A DNA stretch of 64,000 nucleotides from Sphyrna mokarran (GCA_024679065.1 JAGIQG010000005.1:39680001-39744000); one strand, 5' to 3'; numbered from the stretch's first letter, positions 35,441 to 49,010 are shown. Notes: generated by a model not told the origin, from the letters alone. A program made the numbers and translations.

Positions 35441-37999
35441 ACTTCAACCAGGTTTGCCTATTGGAATATGAACTCTCTGATTAAGGAGTCACAAAAATGT
35501 CCCTGATTAAGAACTCAATTGATGGGCCAAATGGGGAGTATTTTTCTTGTATTCATCCAGGAGTGTCTATACCTCTGGCATTCCCAAAAGTAGAATATTG
35601 ATTGATAGCATTCTGTGTGCTGCTGTTGGAATTGTAAATAAAGGAATTTTGGTGAAGGGACTACTGCCTCTGAAGACTTATTATGGTGGAAATGGTAGGT
35701 TTTTTCGTCTTGGAGGTCTCAGGCTCCTTGCCCATCATTTTATCTTCACCCAGCTTGGTTCACGTTTTGGCAGCTGCTATTCAGCACTCAATGAGCTGAT
35801 TCGCTCGTCATCACGTGAAGTCTGTGTCCCATACATTTTCAGTAACAATTCAGCAGCCAATGATAATCGACTTCTGCAGAATCCAATATTGACCTGTCAA
35901 TCATGATCAACTATTTGGAGACAACAGATTTAAAATCAAGCAGAATAAAACATTTCTCAACTGATGGATAAATCTGATTTTTCACAAGTTGGCTAGAATT
36001 TCCCATTATATTGTTGCAAATGTGTCTGATTTGATGTTACTAAGTATGAGAACACTTGAAACTTGTTGCAGTTCACAGAGTAGTTCAAATGAAAGGCTGT
36101 CTTATGTTCTGAATCAAAAGACATAAAAGATATTTCTTTTGATAGGAAAGAGCAAAATAATCTTGTCAAGAGAAGAAGAAAAATTAACTAGAAAAGACAA
36201 ACTGTTGAGAGATAGAAATGACATGAGTCGAGAAAGGTTAAGAACTTCATTAGCTAGGGAAAGGCATGTAGGTGTATCACATATCCACAAGAGTTAAATT
36301 GCTGACAATAGAAGCAAGGTCAGTGCTACCAAGGGAGGATAAATACAAGAAAGCCAAACTAAAATGACAACAGTTGGAGATTCATCATGCTGACATTCTG
36401 AAGGAGACAAGACCAGCAATCTTCTTACACTGACTCTGAAGGATAGGTTGTATAACATCTATTAATCTTTGCCAAAGCAGCCAGCATTTCAATTATAAGC
36501 TGAACTAACTAACTTTTTCACATATCGGAATAACCTATTAATTCATCTGTTAAATTGTTCACTATACATAGAAGTGCAATTTTGAAGAGTATTTTTTATA
36601 CATTCATGGTATGTGGGCATCTTGGACAAGGAAAACATTAGTTGCCTATCCCCAATTGTTCTTGAGAAGATGATGCCAAATTTGACTGTTTCAATCCATC
36701 TGTTATAGACATTCCTATAATGCTGTTAGAGAAGGAATTCAATGATTTTGATAATGAAGGAATGCCAATATAGTTGCAAGTTAGAATGGTATGTGGCTTG
36801 AAGGGTAACTTACAGGTGTTCTCAAATGTATACTGTTTTATCCTTCCAGTCTATAGAAATCGCTGGTTTGGAATTTGCTGTTAAAGGAGCCAAGGTGAGT
36901 ACAAAGCATTTTGTAGGTGGTATAAACTGTTGTTGCTGTGTACCAGTAGTAGAAGATGTGAATGTTTAAATGGAAGAATGGAACATCAGTCAAGGGGGCT
37001 GGTTTGTCTTACCTAGATGATATTGACCTTTGTGAGTGTTGTTGAAGTTATACACATCCAGGCAAGTGGAAAATATTCTAACCTGACTTGTGCTTTGTAG
37101 TTTTAGCTCTTGAGACTAAGGGGATCAAGGGATGTGGGGGGGAAGGACATCAGGATATTGAATTTGATAATCATAATGAATGGTGGAGCAGGTTTGAAGG
37201 CTCAATGGCCTACTCTTGCTTCTAGTTTCGATGTTTCAAAGTCTGCACCTTGTCCAGACCTTGTTTCATGCAGGCAGAGATTGCTTCATTTTTTGAGGAG
37301 TCACAATTGACACTGAGTGCTGTGGAATCATCAAACATCCCCACCATTGTCCTTTTGATGAAAGGAAGGTCATTGATCAAACAGCTGAAGATGATTGAGC
37401 CATCCACCTTGATTTCTCTATTTTTGAAAATAAATGCTCTGCATTTTTGAGCACCCCCGACCCTCCATCTACCCCAGATAAGGAAGTGGTTTCAAACAGC
37501 AAAACATACAATGAATGTTAATTTAAAAAATAACATCAGGTTCTCTATAATGCTGAACAGGACTTCAATACCTCTCTGTCTCCCTTTCTTCCTGTATCCA
37601 GTATCCCTTTTGTCAGTATGTTAAATCAGAGGAATGTTCTCCTAACAACAACAAGCAAAATGAATCCTACTCGGATGTCCTAGAACAGAGGAAATTGTCC
37701 TCCAATAATGATATTTATGCAAGGTATGATTCCAGCTAATGAAAAGTTTCCCTTTGATACCCTTCAACTTCAATTATTTCTAATCCTCCTTCATGCCATA
37801 TTCTCTCAAATTTTGCACTGATTTTAAGGCAATCACTTTCACCTCACCTCTAAAATACAACTCTTTTATCCATGTTTCGACCAAGGCAGTAATGACATCT
37901 AGAGTCAAATGGTTCTGAACCCAAATTAAGTATTGGTGAACAGGTTATGAGTGAATAAATGCTGCTTGATAATACTGTTGATGACATCTTCCATCATTT

Positions 38000-38870
38000 T
38001 GTAGACAGTTTCAATGGATGGGAGGCTGTTTGTATGATGGACTAGACTTTGTTCGTGACCCTTAGAAGTTTCTTGCAGCTTAGAGAGAGATGGAGCCATA
38101 CCAAGCTGTGATATAACCAGAAAGGACACTATCTGTGATGCATCTGTAAAAGTTGGTGAGAGCTGGAGCAAACATGCCAAATTTCCTTTGCCTCCAGAGA
38201 AAATAGGGGCATTAATGGGCTTTCTTAGCTATAGCATCAGTGTGGAGGGACCAGGACAATCTGGATTTGAAGCTCTCACATTTCCACATTATCCCTGCTG
38301 GTATAGATAGGGGCATGTCCTTCACTACACTTCCTGAGGTTGATGACTGTCATTTTGCTGACATTGAGGAAGAGATTATTATCATTGTATCAGTTCACCA
38401 GATTCTTTATCTCTTTCTTCTACTGGGTCTCATCATTGTTTGAGATCTGACCCACTACGGTGGTGTCATCAGCAAACTTGAAAATTGAGGTGGAAGGGAA
38501 TTTAGCCACTGTCATAGGTGTATAAGGATTATAGTAAGGGTTGAGGACATGGCCTCTTGGAGAACCAGTGTTGAGGATAATCATGAAGGAGATATTGTTG
38601 TCTGTCCTTAACTGTTTGTGGTCTGTGGGTTAGGAAGTCTAGGATTCAGTTGCAGAGGGAGGAGCCAAGGCCTAGGCATGGAGTTGGAGAAGAGTTTTGT
38701 ATAAACAATGGTGCTGCAGGCTGAGCTATAGTCAATAAATAGGAATCTGACATAAATGTCTTTGTTACCCTGGTGTTCCATGGTTGAGTGCAGGGCCAGA
38801 AAGAGGGCGTCTGTCATGGGCCCGTTGCGCAATAGGTGAACTATATTGGATCCAGGCAATCTGGCCAGTG
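38000..38870 (-). mobile_element. Rex1/Babar-like LINE fragment
   Basis: YVRFLFIDYSSA and a KFADDTT-encoding segment are present, and the DNA is similar to 21430-21880. Confidence 0.8.
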
Positions 38871-38883
38871 TTGTAGTTGAGAT

Positions 38884-39086
38884 CATAGATTAACAGAATC
38901 CCTCCTGTGCAGGAGAGGCCACTCATTCTGTCAAGTCTGCACTGACTCTCCGTCTTTCCAGGCCTCTGCCTAGCCCTATCCCTGAAACCTCACACACTTA
39001 TCATAGCTAATCCACCTGACCTAATACAGCTTTGAACACTAAGGGGCAACTTAGCATAGCCAATTCACCTAACTTGCACATCTTTG
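38884..39086 (-). mobile_element. Partial V-SINE (3' half)
   Basis: It is similar to 3380-3545 (aaggggcaacttagcatagccaattcacctaacttgcacatcttt). Confidence 0.65.
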
Positions 39087-40769
39087 TGATGGAACAGCTT
39101 GGCTAGGGAAAGTTAGTTCTTGAGCGTTCTAGCTGGAATAGTGTCAGAAGCCATATCCTTTGATGTATCCAGTGCATTCAGCCATTCCTTGATAACACAT
39201 GGAGCAAATCAAATTGGTTGAAGACTGGCTACTGTGATGCTGGGGACCTGAGGAAATTTGCAGGATGGATTATCCACTCAGCATTTCTGGCTGAAGATTA
39301 TTGCAAATGCATCAGCCTTAGGCTTTGACATAATTGAGGATGGAATTATTCATGGAACATCCACCTCCTATAATTGTCCACCATCAGTTGCCCAAGAATG
39401 GATGTAATAGGACTGCAGAGCTTGGTTGTGGAATTGCTTAGTTCTGCCTATAACATTACAGGTTCCACTGTTTAGCATGCACGTGTTATAGTTTCATCAG
39501 TATTTGATTCCAGATTTATTGTGGGACAAGTGGAAGACGTCTGTAATCCAGATATTAATTCTGTCAATAATATGTATTTTGTAAATATCTTGAGCAGTCT
39601 CACTCTTTAATATTAAGAAATGGTTAATTATATCATCTTAAGTAGCTTATCCAAGAAATATCATGATTTTATGTCATAATTTTGTTTTTGACAAGAAAAG
39701 GTCAACTCAGATATTCAGTGGTTTATATAAATGCCAGTTGCCTGTTAGTATTGTTCATGTCATTTGAATTGGTTGATATTATAGTTACCCTAGGATGTCA
39801 TTGATCACTTTCACTGGAGTCATCTTAATGCTGTGGGCAATTTAGAAATCGCATTTGTGGGGTATAAGCAGAGTATTCTGGGGAGCTGGATGCAGACCTG
39901 TATGACAATGATATATTCAAAGACCTTTGATGAAGGATGGATTGAAGGCAAGATGGTGAACTAATTCAAGCAAACAAAATAATATTTATTGCAAACATTT
40001 TCGATTGATTCTTTGGCAAGGAGTTAATGTGAAGGTGTTCAGGATTTATTTGGTAGCTGTTGATTAACAGCCCCTTACAAGGTTTATTGGGAGATCAATT
40101 CCAGTGTTATTGAATTTTAATTTTCCCTTCTGCATGTCATTAATCAAGCCTTCTCCATTAGTTTGTTTTCCAAATCTCTTTTAAAATTGTTGCACCTCAT
40201 TGTCTTCAGAAATAGCAGTTTCTGTACTCATCATTCTGCCCTTAATTTCCTTGCAAAAGTATTGGAACATGTCGTCTTACGGTTCCACTTCTAGCTTCCA
40301 CGACTCCCTTCTCAAATCCCACACATGTGGGCGGGGAGAGGTGTGGTGATTCTCCCAAAAGTGCCGAATTAGTGGAAATTGTTCAACTTCTCACTCGAAT
40401 TTCCCCACTCTGTGCATTGCAGAGGTCACAATCGTAAATATCATTAAAAACCAATGGGGTGGGGCCTATTTGTGCCAAAGAGCCTGAAACCAACTGGATG
40501 AGCAGTAACCCATGCATGCACACATCACTGAGAGGTTGCTGAAAATACCTTCTAGCATCCAGATCATTGCCACCCAACGTCCACAGACATCACTGGCCTC
40601 ATTGCTGGCCCCCACAACCTTCCTACAGACATCACTGGCCCAACAACCCCTCCACATTTGTTATCAACAGGCCCTTGACCGGCTACACTCACTGCACCCG
40701 CACTCTTCTAATAAGCCCAAGCTGTATATAAGCTGCAGGAATGGACACACAGCCAGTGTCACCACAAAG

Positions 40770-41400
40770 ATGCCTGCGCAAAAACCAGCTCTCAGATTTT
40801 CAGAGGCCAAGAAGGAGCACCTGCTGAATGCTGTGGAAGAGAGGCATGATCGAGTGTTCCCCAGCCAAGGCCCTCACCCAAGAGGTATATCTGCCATGGC
40901 ATTGGGGGAGGAGGTGGCAGAAGCAGTGAATGCCAGGAGCCTGACACTACAGCCTGGCAGGCGGTATCACAAAAAACTGTACGATCTTCTGGGAGAAGCA
41001 AGAGTGAGTGAACGTCCCCCTTGGAACCCTGCACATGTTTGGCACAGATCACCAACCCTGCTTAGACACCTGAAGGGTATGCAACAAGTGACCATTCCCC
41101 CAGAATCAGATTCAAACTCCTTCCCCTCACCCTTCAACGAGCACCTTTCGTGGTGACTGATTTCCCCAAAAACATCAGCCCGAGACACAGGCACGCATTA
41201 CACACCATGCACTGCAATATGTTAATGCTTGCAATCCACCTTATGTTCCCACAGGAAAAGAATATCCACAACATACGGGGACAACACAGACTGTTGGTGG
41301 TGTACCTGATCAGCCATATGGAGTAGCATGTCATGGAGTTGGCAGGAGATGATGGGTCATCCCAAGTGGTCACAACAGCCAGGTCAGTGTCCACATGCAA
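40770..41400 (+). pseudogene. Harbinger Myb/SANT-like DNA-binding gene, exon 40770-41003 and degenerate exon 41255-41400
   Basis: MPAQKPALRFSEAKKEHLLNAVEERHDRVFP...EEVAEAVNA...KKLYDL is trihelix/Myb-like. The donor AGA|gtgagt is at 41004, the acceptor cccacag|GAA at 41255, a donor gtgagc at 41401 and a further acceptor tttccag at 41530. Confidence 0.75.
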
Positions 41401-41408
41401 GTGAGCAG

Positions 41409-41474
41409 AAGCGCGCCCTCAACCTAGGTCCTTCTCAAAGTAAGCGCGCCCTCAACCTAGGTCCTCCTCAAAGT
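41409..41474. repeat. 33-bp tandem duplication
   Basis: aagcgcgccctcaacctaggtcct(t/c)ctcaaagt occurs twice. Confidence 0.9.
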
Positions 41475-42304
41475 AAAAAGCGTGGAATGTTTTGTCTCCT
41501 TCCCCCCTAACGTATGTTTTTTTTTCCAGCTCTGGATACATAAGAACCCGGCCCTTTGGGTGTTGCTGTCACTCCTGCTGCTCTGGAGCAAACTGCCCAC
41601 GACATCCTGAATAATACCTTGAAGAGAGGCACTGAGGAATCCTGTGAGGACAGCACCATTAAAGAGGCACCGTCATGTACCACACAACCCACCAATCACC
41701 CACGGTGAGTACCTTTTGTATTGAGGCCACTGGGTCACAAACTAGTGAGCACACCAGGTGGAGGCGGGCATATCCAAGGGCTCAGACACACAGAGGCCTG
41801 CCCAAGGCCAGGATTCAACTGCCCTTAAGCCAGCTGCTGGGCCTCTGGGATTGTTCCTCCCAAGGCTGGTGTAGATGCACCACAAGATCCAGGGATTGGG
41901 GAACGGCTGTCAGCAACTGTGCTGCAACTGCAAGGCTGTTTGGAGAACAATTGCAGGAGGTGGTGCTGATACAGTGTGAAACCCAGGCCAACACTGCAAG
42001 AGTGGTGACCACAGTGGAAAGTCTGCCTTGGGTCTGTCCTTATGGGTGAAAGGGTCCAGGCCATCCTGGAGACTCAACAGGCCACGGGCTAGTGTATTTC
42101 CAGCGTCCAGGAGACACAGCGTTTGATGGCCATGAGTGTTGGGAGCATGGGGGAAACACTGCTGGCCATGGCTGGGACTCTTGCTGTGAGTGGCTGTGAG
42201 TCTCAATGAATTAGCCCAGACTACTTGCTGAGGGTCTCCAGAGCCTGTTTTGCTCATAGATTGCTGTAGCGGAGGGGCTCCAGAGCTTGGCCCAGTCTCA
42301 GAGG

Positions 42305-42535
42305 AAGTAGCCTGACAACACCAGGTTTAAATCCAACCGATTTATTTGATAATAAACTCACAAGCTTTCGACTCTATGGCCTTCGTCAGGCGAATGACGT
42401 TTTCACATTCGCCTGACGAAGGCCATAGAGTCGAAAGCTTGCGAGTTTACTATCAAATAAATCAGTTGGATTTAAACTTGGTGTTGTCAGACTACTTACT
42501 GTGTTTACCCCAGTCCAACGCCGGCATCTCTACAT
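42305..42535 (+). mobile_element. Palindromic Penelope mini-element with a hammerhead motif on each strand
   Basis: Arms 42305-42396 and 42406-42497 are inverted, followed by a ~38-nt tail. A 13-bp TSD ccagtctcagagg lies at 42292-42304 and 42536-42548. Confidence 0.92.
42407..42446 (+). ncRNA. Minimal type I hammerhead ribozyme motif (mirror copy on - at ~42356-42395)
   Basis: attcgc CTGACGA a GGC catagaGTC GAAA gc TT gcgagt has intact core boxes, a 6-bp stem I, a 3-bp stem II and a palindromic AAGCTT stem III. Confidence 0.75.
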
Positions 42536-44274
42536 CCAGTCTCAGAGGGCCAGGGCTGAGGAAACATGGGGCTGGCACATCTAGGCCTCCAGGGCTGGCA
42601 GAGTCAGGTGACGCTGAAGCTTTTGGAGCTCAGTCCAGCTACCCTAGCATCCTATGGAGTGCTCTGTGGGCCTCTGGTTACCCCAAGGGAGGAGGAAGGG
42701 CTTGAACCCATACCAGGGTTTTCCACCCAGGAGATCACAGATGTCCTAAGACCTGATTCCTCCTTTCCTCACATCAGGGCATCTCAAACTCAGTGAGATG
42801 AACTGGGTGGCATCAAAACAGTGCCATCCACAAGTCAGCCGGAGCCCTCCAGGTCCCAGCCACCCATTCATAAGGAACGGCAAGTCAACAGGGACAATGT
42901 AGCAATGGACCCACTCAGGGGCCTGCTTTATAAAGGACTTGGATACGAGCTCTACCTAATGAGTTAATTACTAATCTCTAGGGAGCTCTATTCAATAAGT
43001 CTTACAGGGAGGTCAATCAGTGATTCTCCATGTAAATCCTGGGCATTATCACATTTGTATTCTTAATTCTGTCCTGATGAGTGTGTTACAAGTCAGGTCG
43101 GATACTTCAAACTGGACACCTCCATCTCTGATGTACATTCTGGAGTAGCACTGAGAAGAAGCAGTAGACAGTACGAAGTTAGAAAGTTGTAGTTCACTAT
43201 AGAGGGTACGGGTGAAGATCAGCATTAGTCAGGGTTTGGTAATTATTTATGTTAAGAACACAATAAACTGTTAATTGCACATCACTCTATGACTAATGTG
43301 TCACTGATTCCCTTCCCACTGCCAACCTCTACCCAAACAGCTCAGTGTTCCTAACTCCCAAACATAAAGGTGCTGTTTGCTGAGCTTTGCAGAGTCAGCC
43401 ACACGTTTCAGAAAGCCTGCTCTACCTTCCCCAGGTGCAAGTGCCCTCCACCTCCTTGGCCAAAAAACATGTGACCCCAACCTTTACAGTATGTGGGCCA
43501 GGAAAGCAGCGTGCATTCAGAGTACAGATAAGAGTCAGACTTGAGTTGTACCACAGACAGGAACCCTGTGGCACAGCAACGAGTCATCATCATTCTCAAG
43601 CCTTCAACCATTGCCAGTCCAGGTACATTAACAGATTTGCATATTTCTTGGAGGGATAGGGTGGTGGGATGACAGAAACAGGAGAAGCATAAATTGGTGG
43701 TTTGAGGCCCAAATCAGTTTGGACTTGGAATAGCGGCTGTGCTTGCTCCTGGGTGTGGTGGATATGTGTTGTTTGCACCCCCTCTCATTGCACAGCACCA
43801 CCTAGGTGAAGCCATCTGCAATCAAGGCATCCCTCGCTTCCTTTTCCTGCCGGACACCTGCCATCGCCGCCCACCCTCTTTCCTCCAGCTCTTCGTATGG
43901 TGGGGCCTCTCCCTCTCGCTGCTTGTCCTCCTCCTCCTCCTCCTCCTCCTCCTCCTGTGCCAGCTAGTCTCCCTGTTGCTAGGCAATGTTGTGCAAAGTG
44001 TGGCAAATGGTAACGATGCGTGAAGCACATACAGGGTCAGATTGGAGAGCCCCCCAGAGTGGTCCAAGCAGCAGAACCGCATCTTCAGCAGGCCCAATGC
44101 ACCATTCAATAATGGACTGGGCGGCTGATGGGCCTCATTGGAGCGCATCACTGCCTTGGTCTCCGGCCTCTGCACAGGTATCATCATGATGTAGAGATGC
44201 CGGCGTTGGACTGGAGTAAACTCAGTAAAGTTTTACAACACCAATTTTAAATCCAACCAATTTATTTGATAGTA

Positions 44275-44316
44275 AATCCGCAAGCTTTCGACGCTATGCG
44301 CCTTCATCAGGCAAAT
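44275..44316 (-). ncRNA. Minimal hammerhead ribozyme motif in the Penelope pLTR
   Basis: The minus strand reads atttgc CTGATGA a GGCGC ata GCGTC GAAA gc TT gcggat. Confidence 0.75.
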
Positions 44317-46212
44317 GCAGTGTTCTGATCTGCAGAGGCACTCATATCCACACAGACAGTTACAGATTGCTGATTAGAATGCGAATCCTTACATCTAACC
44401 TGCTATTCAAGTGTTAAAGTGGCTAACAATGTGTGTGAAGGAAATCCTAAGCATTGGTTAGAGAATTGTGTATTTTCTCCAGACAGCACATTAAGTGAGG
44501 TTTTTTGCTAATCCAGGCAAGTTACGGGGGTTACAGATAGTGTGACATGAAGCCAAGATCCCTGTTAAGACCGTCCTCATGTGTGCGGAACTTGGCAATC
44601 AGTCTCTGCTCAGCGACTCTGCGCTATCGTGTGTCACGAAGGCCCCCTTGAAGAACATTTACCCGCAGGTCGGAGGCCGAATGCCCATGACTGCTGAAGT
44701 GTTCGCCCACAGGAAGGGAACTGTTTTGCCTGGTGATTGTTGAGCTATGCTCATTCATCCGCTGTCGTAGTGTCTGCATGGTCTCCCCAATGTACCATGC
44801 TTCGGGACATCCTTTCTTGCAACGTATTAGGTAGACAACGTTGGCCAAGTTGCAAGAGTATGTACCGTGTACCTGGTGAATAGTATCCTCACGTTTGATG
44901 ATGTCGTCCATGTCTATGATCTGGCATGTCTTGCAGAGGTTGCTGTGGCAGGGTTGTGTGGTATTGTGGTCACCGTTCTCCTGAAGGTTGGGTAGTTTGC
45001 TGCGAACAATGATCTGTTTAAGGTTGTGCGATTGTCTGAAAGCAAGAAGTGGGGGGGGTGGGGATGGCCCTAGCGAGATGTTCATCGTCATCAATGATAT
45101 GTTGAAGACTCCGGAGAAGATGTCGTAGCTTCTCCGCTACGGGGAAGTACTGGACAACAAAGGGTACTCTGTCCACCGTGTCCCATGTTCGTCTTCTGAG
45201 GAGATCAGTGCGGTTTATCGTTGTGGCACGTTGGAACTGTCGATCGATGAGTCAAGCGCCATATCCTGTTCTCACGAGTGCATCCTTCAGTGTCTGGAGG
45301 TGTCTGTCATGATCCTCCTCATCTGAGCAAATTCTGTGTATACGGAGGGCTTGTCCATAGGAAATGGCTTCTTTAACGTGTCTAGGGTGGAAGCTGGAGA
45401 AGTGGAGCATTGTGAGGTTGTCTGTCGGTTTTCGGTACAGTGAGGTGCTGAGGTGACCGTCCTTGATGGAGATGAGTGTGTCCAAGAATGCAACTGATTC
45501 TGGAGAATAGTCCATGGTGAGTCTGATGGTGGGATGGAACTTGTTGATATCATCATATAGTTGTTTCAATGATTGTTCACCATGAGTCCAAAGGAAAAAG
45601 ATGTCATCAGTGTATCTAGTATATAACCTTGGTTGAAGATCTCGTGTAGTGAAGAAGTCTTGTTCGAACCTGTGCATGAAGATGTTGGCATACTGAGGTG
45701 CAAATTTGGCCCCCATGGCTGTTCCATGTATCTGGATGAAAAGCTGATTGTTGAAGGTGAAGACATTGTGGTCCAAGATGAAGCGGATGATTTGTAAAAT
45801 TGCATCCGGAAACTGACAGTTGTTGGCATTGAGTACTGAGGCAGTTGCAGCAATACCATCGTCGTGGGGGATGTTGGTGTAGAGCGCCAAGACATCCATT
45901 GTGACAAGGAGTGTCCCTGGTTCAACTGCTCCATGCGTGTTGAGTTTCTGTAGGAAACTTCTGTAGGGATCTTGGCTTCATGTCACACTATCTGTAACCC
46001 CCCGTAACTTGCCTGGATTAGCAAAAAATCTCACTTACTGTGCTGTCTGGAGAAAATACACAATTCTCTAACCAATGCTCAGGATTCCCTTCACACACAT
46101 TGTTAGCCACTTTAACACTTGAATAGCAGGTTAGATGTAAGGATTTGCATTCTAATCAGCAATCTGTAACTGTCTGTGTGGATAAGAGTGCCTCTGCAGA
46201 TCAGAACACTGC

Positions 46213-46253
46213 ATTTGCCTGACGAAGGCGCATAGTGTCGAAAGCTCGCGGAT
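46213..46253 (+). ncRNA. Minimal hammerhead ribozyme motif in the inverted pLTR
   Basis: atttgc CTGACGA a GGCGC ata GTGTC GAAA gc TC gcggat has a UC cleavage site after 46247 and a 6-bp stem I. Confidence 0.78.
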
Positions 46254-47106
46254 TTACTATCAAATAAATTGGTTGGATTTAAAATTGGTGTTGTAAAACT
46301 TTACCAGGTATCATCAGCCATGACATTATCGGATAATCTTTGCCACCCAGTAGCCATTCCTGGGAGCCTGGGCTGGTTGTCAAACAGCCCAGGGATGTCT
46401 GACAGTGTGAGCATAAAGTGTCATGGACACTCTCTGGATGGCACGCATTGATCTGCATGATCTTGAGTCCATGGTCAGAGACAATTTGGACATTCAGGGA
46501 GAGGAACCCCTTCCTGTTCAAAAATTGCTGCGGATCTGCATAGGGGCCCCACAATGCGAGTGTCCCATCCACTGCTCCTTACACATTCGGGATCCTGGCG
46601 ATGGATACAAAACCGAGAGCGCGGGCCTCCTGCTGTGCACGGCCACATCAAAATTAATGAACTGCTCTGCCCGAGCATATAGGGCATCCATGACCTGACA
46701 CACAAGTCTGTATACGGAGGCCTGGGAGATCGTAGCTAGGCTGCCACTGGGAGTCTGGAATGATCCAGAGGCATAGAAAAGCAGGGCAGCTGTCACCTTC
46801 ACGCCCCCGCAGGTGTCAGATATGAGAGCATCCCACAAATGTGTTGCATTGTGCCTTGGACAGGGGTAGCCGGCGACGGCACATCTCCTCCGAGAGGGCC
46901 TCAAAGGAATTGCGAGGCCTGTACACCTTGCCATCAGCACCCTCTGCTTTCTGTGCAGCCTCTCGAGAGGCTTCCTACCTCCTGGAACCTCAGCAGCAGC
47001 CTTCTGCCTGCCTTCCTGAACGTTTAGTGCTGGCTGCTCTTGTGGTGGTCTCTTCACACCTGCCATCTTCTGAGATGCCACTCCTCAGCCCCTGCTGCCA
47101 CCAACA

Positions 47107-49010
47107 TGACGTGGAGATGCCGGCGTTGGACTGGGGTAAGCACGATAAGAAGTCTCACAACACCAAGTTAAAGTCTCTGTGTTGGAGATTTTTACTGCCT
47201 CCCGAAGATACACAAGGTCCCATCATACTGGGCAATGGAACCCTGTGCGAGAACCTGTACATCAAGGGCATCCTGAAACCCATTGTACAAAGAACCCCCA
47301 GCTTTTGTCGTTTCCTACAGAAACTCAGCACACGTGGAACAGTTGAACCAAGAACACTCCTCGTCACAATGGATGTCTCGGCACTCTACACCAGCAACCC
47401 CACGCCAATGACATTGCAGAAACTACCTCAATACTCAACGCTGACAACTGCCAGTTTCCAAATGCAATTTTACAACTCATATACTTCTTCCTGGACCACT
47501 ATGTCTTCACCTTCAACAACTAATTCTTCATCCAGACACACAGAACAGCCATGGGGACCAAATTTGCAATTCAACACGCCAACATCTTCATGCACAGGCT
47601 TGAACAAGACCTCTTCGCTGCACAGGACCTTCAACTGATGCTATACACTAGATACATCGATGACATTTCCTTCCTTTGGACTCATGGCGAATAATGACTG
47701 AAACAACATCATCAACAAGTTCCATCCCACCATCAGACTCACCATGGACTACTCTGCAATCTTGGACACACGCATCTCCATTAAGGATGGTCACCTCAGC
47801 TGTACCGCAAGCCCACAAATAACTTCACGATGCTCCACTTCTCCAGCTTCCACCCCAAACACATTAAAGAAGCCATCCCCTATGGACAAGCCCTCCTGTA
47901 TACATAGGATCTGCCCAGATGAGGAGGATCACAACAGACACCTCCAAATACTGAAAGATGCTCTCATAAAAATAGGAAATGGCACTTGACTCATTGATCA
48001 ACAGTTCCAATGCGCCACAGCAAAAACCGCACCAACCTCCTCAGAAGACTAGCACAGGACACAGTGGACAGAATACCCTTTGTCGTCCAGTACTTTCCCG
48101 GAGTGGAGAAGCTACAACATCTTTTCCGGAGCCTTCAATATGTCATTGATGAAGAGGAACATCTCACCAAGGCCATCCCCACACTCCCACTTCTTGCCTT
48201 CAAACAAACGCACAATCTCAAACAGACCATTGTCCACAGCAAGCTACCCAGCCTTCAGGAGAACAGTTACTATACACCACATTACCCTGCCACAGCAAGC
48301 TCTGCAACACATGCCGAATCATTATTACGGATGCCATCATCACACATGAGAACACCATCCACCAGGTACACGGTGCATACTCTTGCAACTGTCCAATGTT
48401 GTCTACCTGATATGCTGCAGGAAAGGATGTCCCAAAGCATAGCAAATTGGGGAGACCATGTATGTGCTACGACAACAGATGAATGAACACCACTCAACAA
48501 TCACCAGGCAGGATTGTTCTCTTCCTGTTGGGAAACACTTCAGCGGTCATGGGCCTCTGATCTTCAGATAACCGTTCTCCAAGGTGGCCTTCATGACACA
48601 CAACAATGAAGAGTCGCTGAGCAGAGACTGATAGCCAAGTTCTGCGCACATGAGGACGGCCTCAACCAGGATCTTGGGTTCATGTCACACTATCTGTAAC
48701 CACCACGACTTGCCTGCACTTGCAAAATCTTATAACTGTCCTGTCAGGAGACAATACATATCTATTTAATCTGTGCTTAAAGCTCTCCCGCTCACATTGT
48801 CCGTGTCTTTAAGACTTGATTAGCTGTAAAGACTCACATTCCAATCATTATTCATGTAAGTTGAATTTGTGTCTTTACATGTCTTGTTTGTGATCAGAAC
48901 TCCCAGTCACCTAACGAAGGACAGCACTCCAAAAGCTAATGGCATTTACTACTCAATAAACCTGTTAGACTTTGAAAAAAAGGTTGAACTTGAACCTACT
49001 GTTGTGAGAT
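47107..49010 (+). mobile_element. Older Penelope-like element: short tail and pLTR end in - orientation, long RT/GIY-YIG arm in + orientation
   Basis: LLVTMDVSALYT, yTRYIDDI-encoding DNA and PFVVQYFPG are present, with a decayed hammerhead at ~48910. An imperfect TSD caccaa(c/t)atg lies at 47099-47108 and 49011-49020. Confidence 0.88.

Larger units (their letters stand above)
36595..39500 (-). mobile_element. Patchwork of an old CR1-clade LINE (~36595-37410, 37720-38000, 39090-39500) with nested inserts
   Basis: FSCLINDLPFI...VGMFDDST (RT motif) lies at 37222-37407. The segments are separated by a CR1 tail (37090-37225), a Rex1 fragment and a SINE. Confidence 0.55.
44187..46304 (-). mobile_element. 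5'-truncated Penelope-like retroelement with inverted pLTRs
   Basis: RT (MDVLALYTNIP...GTAMG...YTRYTDDIFF, 45252-45899) and GIY-YIG endonuclease (VVYLIRC...YIGET...RMNEH, 44624-45094) are present. Inverted ~340-bp repeats lie at 44225-44563 and 45965-46304, the tail at 44187-44224, and a 12-bp TSD caggtatcatca at 44175-44186 and 46305-46316. Confidence 0.95.

Noticed and set aside
43074-43110. CTGATGA hammerhead-like box
   Set aside because: There is no stem II and no following GAAA box, so a ribozyme cannot be supported.
43740-47106. Possible domesticated HARBI1/NAIF1-like host gene pair
   Set aside because: Multiple frameshifts, stops and retroelement insertions show it is a dead transposon copy.
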